Source of the DNA: an uncultured Thermoplasmatales archaeon
Lineage (GTDB): Archaea; Thermoplasmatota; Penumbrarchaeia; Penumbrarchaeales; Penumbrarchaeaceae
Direction of reading: 5' to 3'
Assembly (NCBI GenBank): GCA_963807965.1
Contig: CAWEDU010000009.1
Coordinates: 35,577-99,576, forward strand
Length of the DNA stretch: 64,000 nucleotides
Positions 62,368 to 64,000 of this stretch are shown here, piece by piece (the first letter of the stretch is position 1; every line of letters begins with the position of its first letter). The notes beneath the pieces were generated by a model. It had not been told where the DNA came from and did no database searches. It worked only from the letters and a program-made list of their open reading frames with translations. The translations under genes and the position numbers were made by a program.

Positions 62368-63915
62368 TCAAGATAGAGGATCTCTTGTATACTTACCATC
62401 CACGATCCTCATGATCTTGGCAGGATTCTCATCCTTCAGATCATCTGGCAGATATCTTTGGTCAAAATTCTGGAAGGCTACCGGTCTAAGCCATCTTTTT
62501 ATGGACATCATACCAACAGATGTTGTCCACGGAGCTGTTGTGGCAGGGAAAGGACCTCCATGTTGCATGGCATGGCCCACTTCAACTCCAATGGGGATCC
62601 CATTCATTATGACCCTCCCAACCTTTTCAGAAAGGACCTGAACAACAGAAGAAAGATCATCATCTTCTTTCCCTGTGATCACAGTACCTGTCAATTGACC
62701 TTCAAATGTCGTAATGGTCCTGAGAAGGTCCTCTCTATCGGTACATTTAACGATCAATGTGACAGGACCGAACCTTTCCTCATGAAGTAGAGGTTCTCTT
62801 CGAAATAATGCTGAAGATGATACCATCATCGTATTATCGAATACTATGGATGTTTGACCACTATCATAACTTCCTCTTTGGATCTCCAATCCTTCCACAT
62901 CCATTAAAGCAGAGAGTCCATCCTCCAAATTATTAAGGACCCGATCACTTAGTAGAGGTTGGCATTTGCAAACGATCATTCTCTCTCTAAGGGATCCAAT
63001 GAAATCATCCAAATTCGATGGTCCTTCCAATAATATCAGTCCGGGTTTTGTACAGAGCTGACCTGATCCGTGGAGGACCGCTCCTGAGATCCTCATTGCG
63101 ACGGAAATGGGATCTTCCCTTAATGCGTTCTCAGTTACAATAACTGGATTAATACTTCCCATCTCACCATAAAAAGGAATCGGTTCATTCCTGGATTGGG
63201 CTGCATTATGGAGTGATATGCCTCCTTTTCTACTACCAGTGAAAGCAGCAGCTTTGATCAAAGGGTGGCATACGATCTTCGATCCAACTTCTTCTCCCGT
63301 TCCTTGGACAAGTGAAAATGTTCCTGCTGGCAGGCCGTTCTCTTCAATTGCACTTTCCAGAGTCGATCCCAGAAGCTCGTTGGTCTCTGGATGGGAGGGA
63401 TGACCTTTGGCCAGGACAGTGCACCCTGCAGCAAGTGCGGATACGGTATCTCCACCACATACTCCGAATGCAAGCGGAAAATTGGATGCTCCAAATACAG
63501 CGACCGGACCCACGGGGATCAGGATCCTTCTGATATCTGGTTTAGGTGAAGGGAACCTATTTACGTCTCCCAGATCGATGATGGCTTCCTGATATGAACC
63601 CTTCTCTATCAGTTCGGCAAAGGATCGGAATTGATCGCTTGTCCTTTTTAACTCTCCTCTCAACCTTTTAGATCCTATCGCTGTTTCCCTGTCTGTGATC
63701 TTAATAAGGTCTTCTCTAATGTGTAACAGTTTATCCCCCAAGCACCTCAAGAAAGAAGCTCTCTCGTGCCTTGGGACGTTCTTGAAAAATTGAAAAGCTC
63801 TCTCTGATTCCTCTATTATGTTATCAATATCTTCTGTTGGAGTGTCAGTGAATTCCTTTTCGGCAGGTTTTCCTGTTCTTGGATCTATTCCTCTAAAAGT
63901 TACTGTCAATATCAT
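62368..63915 (-). CDS. Aldehyde dehydrogenase family protein (alpha-ketoglutaric-semialdehyde/2,5-dioxovalerate dehydrogenase-like, NADP-dependent type).
   Basis: 515-aa ORF with ALDH features …FTGSRKGG…, catalytic Cys context …GQLCTKPG… and C-terminal …GGPFPATT…. Confidence 0.7.
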   Translation of the reverse strand: MILTVTFRGIDPRTGKPAEKEFTDTPTEDIDNIIEESERAFQFFKNVPRHERASFLRCLGDKLLHIREDLIKITDRETAIGSKRLRGELKRTSDQFRSFAELIEKGSYQEAIIDLGDVNRFPSPKPDIRRILIPVGPVAVFGASNFPLAFGVCGGDTVSALAAGCTVLAKGHPSHPETNELLGSTLESAIEENGLPAGTFSLVQGTGEEVGSKIVCHPLIKAAAFTGSRKGGISLHNAAQSRNEPIPFYGEMGSINPVIVTENALREDPISVAMRISGAVLHGSGQLCTKPGLILLEGPSNLDDFIGSLRERMIVCKCQPLLSDRVLNNLEDGLSALMDVEGLEIQRGSYDSGQTSIVFDNTMMVSSSALFRREPLLHEERFGPVTLIVKCTDREDLLRTITTFEGQLTGTVITGKEDDDLSSVVQVLSEKVGRVIMNGIPIGVEVGHAMQHGGPFPATTAPWTTSVGMMSIKRWLRPVAFQNFDQRYLPDDLKDENPAKIMRIVDGKYTRDPLS

Positions 63916-64000
63916 CCCCCCCTTTTTTCCAAATTATTTTTAACTGAAAGAATACCTTTCATCATTTTCTCCGTTCTATCCACTTCCTGAAGGTCTCCAA

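Overview
This is an archaeal chromosomal window. Class II HMG-CoA reductase, CDP-archaeol synthase, aCPSF1/psmB and a Mre11-Rad50 pair suggest Thermoplasmatota, possibly marine-group-II-like; that assignment is an inference.

Positions ~1-15.5 kb hold the complete, canonically ordered ribosomal-protein supercluster on the minus strand: L3-L4-L23-L2-S19-L22-S3-L29-SUI1-Rpp29-S17-L14-L24-S4e-L5-S14-S8-L6-L32e-L19e-L18-S5-L30-L15-SecY. A second ribosomal/transcription block (S13-S4-S11-RpoD) lies at 59-61.4 kb on the plus strand.

Between the two blocks are pheT, a dodecin gene, mre11-rad50, two tandem giant SBBP beta-propeller/FN3 surface proteins, a further large surface protein, two membrane-anchored subtilases, tandem PPK2 genes, truA, a SpoU methyltransferase, carS, psmB-aCPSF1(FttA)-DUF123, a presenilin/SPP-family intramembrane protease, HMG-CoA reductase and an aldehyde dehydrogenase.

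Two observations stand out.

First, at least 15 genes, including essential uL15, uL30, uS5 and uL3, are split by single-base indels at homopolymer runs. This pattern looks like assembly or sequencing error rather than pseudogenisation. I report merged gene spans for these.

Second, immediately downstream of rpoD there is a candidate tRNA-Leu(GAG) gene. Just upstream of it is a partial direct duplication of the tRNA leader plus its 5' end. Downstream of it is an array of three ~165-175-bp tandem modules. Each module carries a TATA-like element, two perfectly conserved inverted repeats with hypervariable loops, and a 3' terminus identical to the tRNA 3' end (…CACAGCCCTCGCACCA), followed by an oligo-T tract. 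I know of no described element that matches this array, and it is the best candidate for something new in the window.
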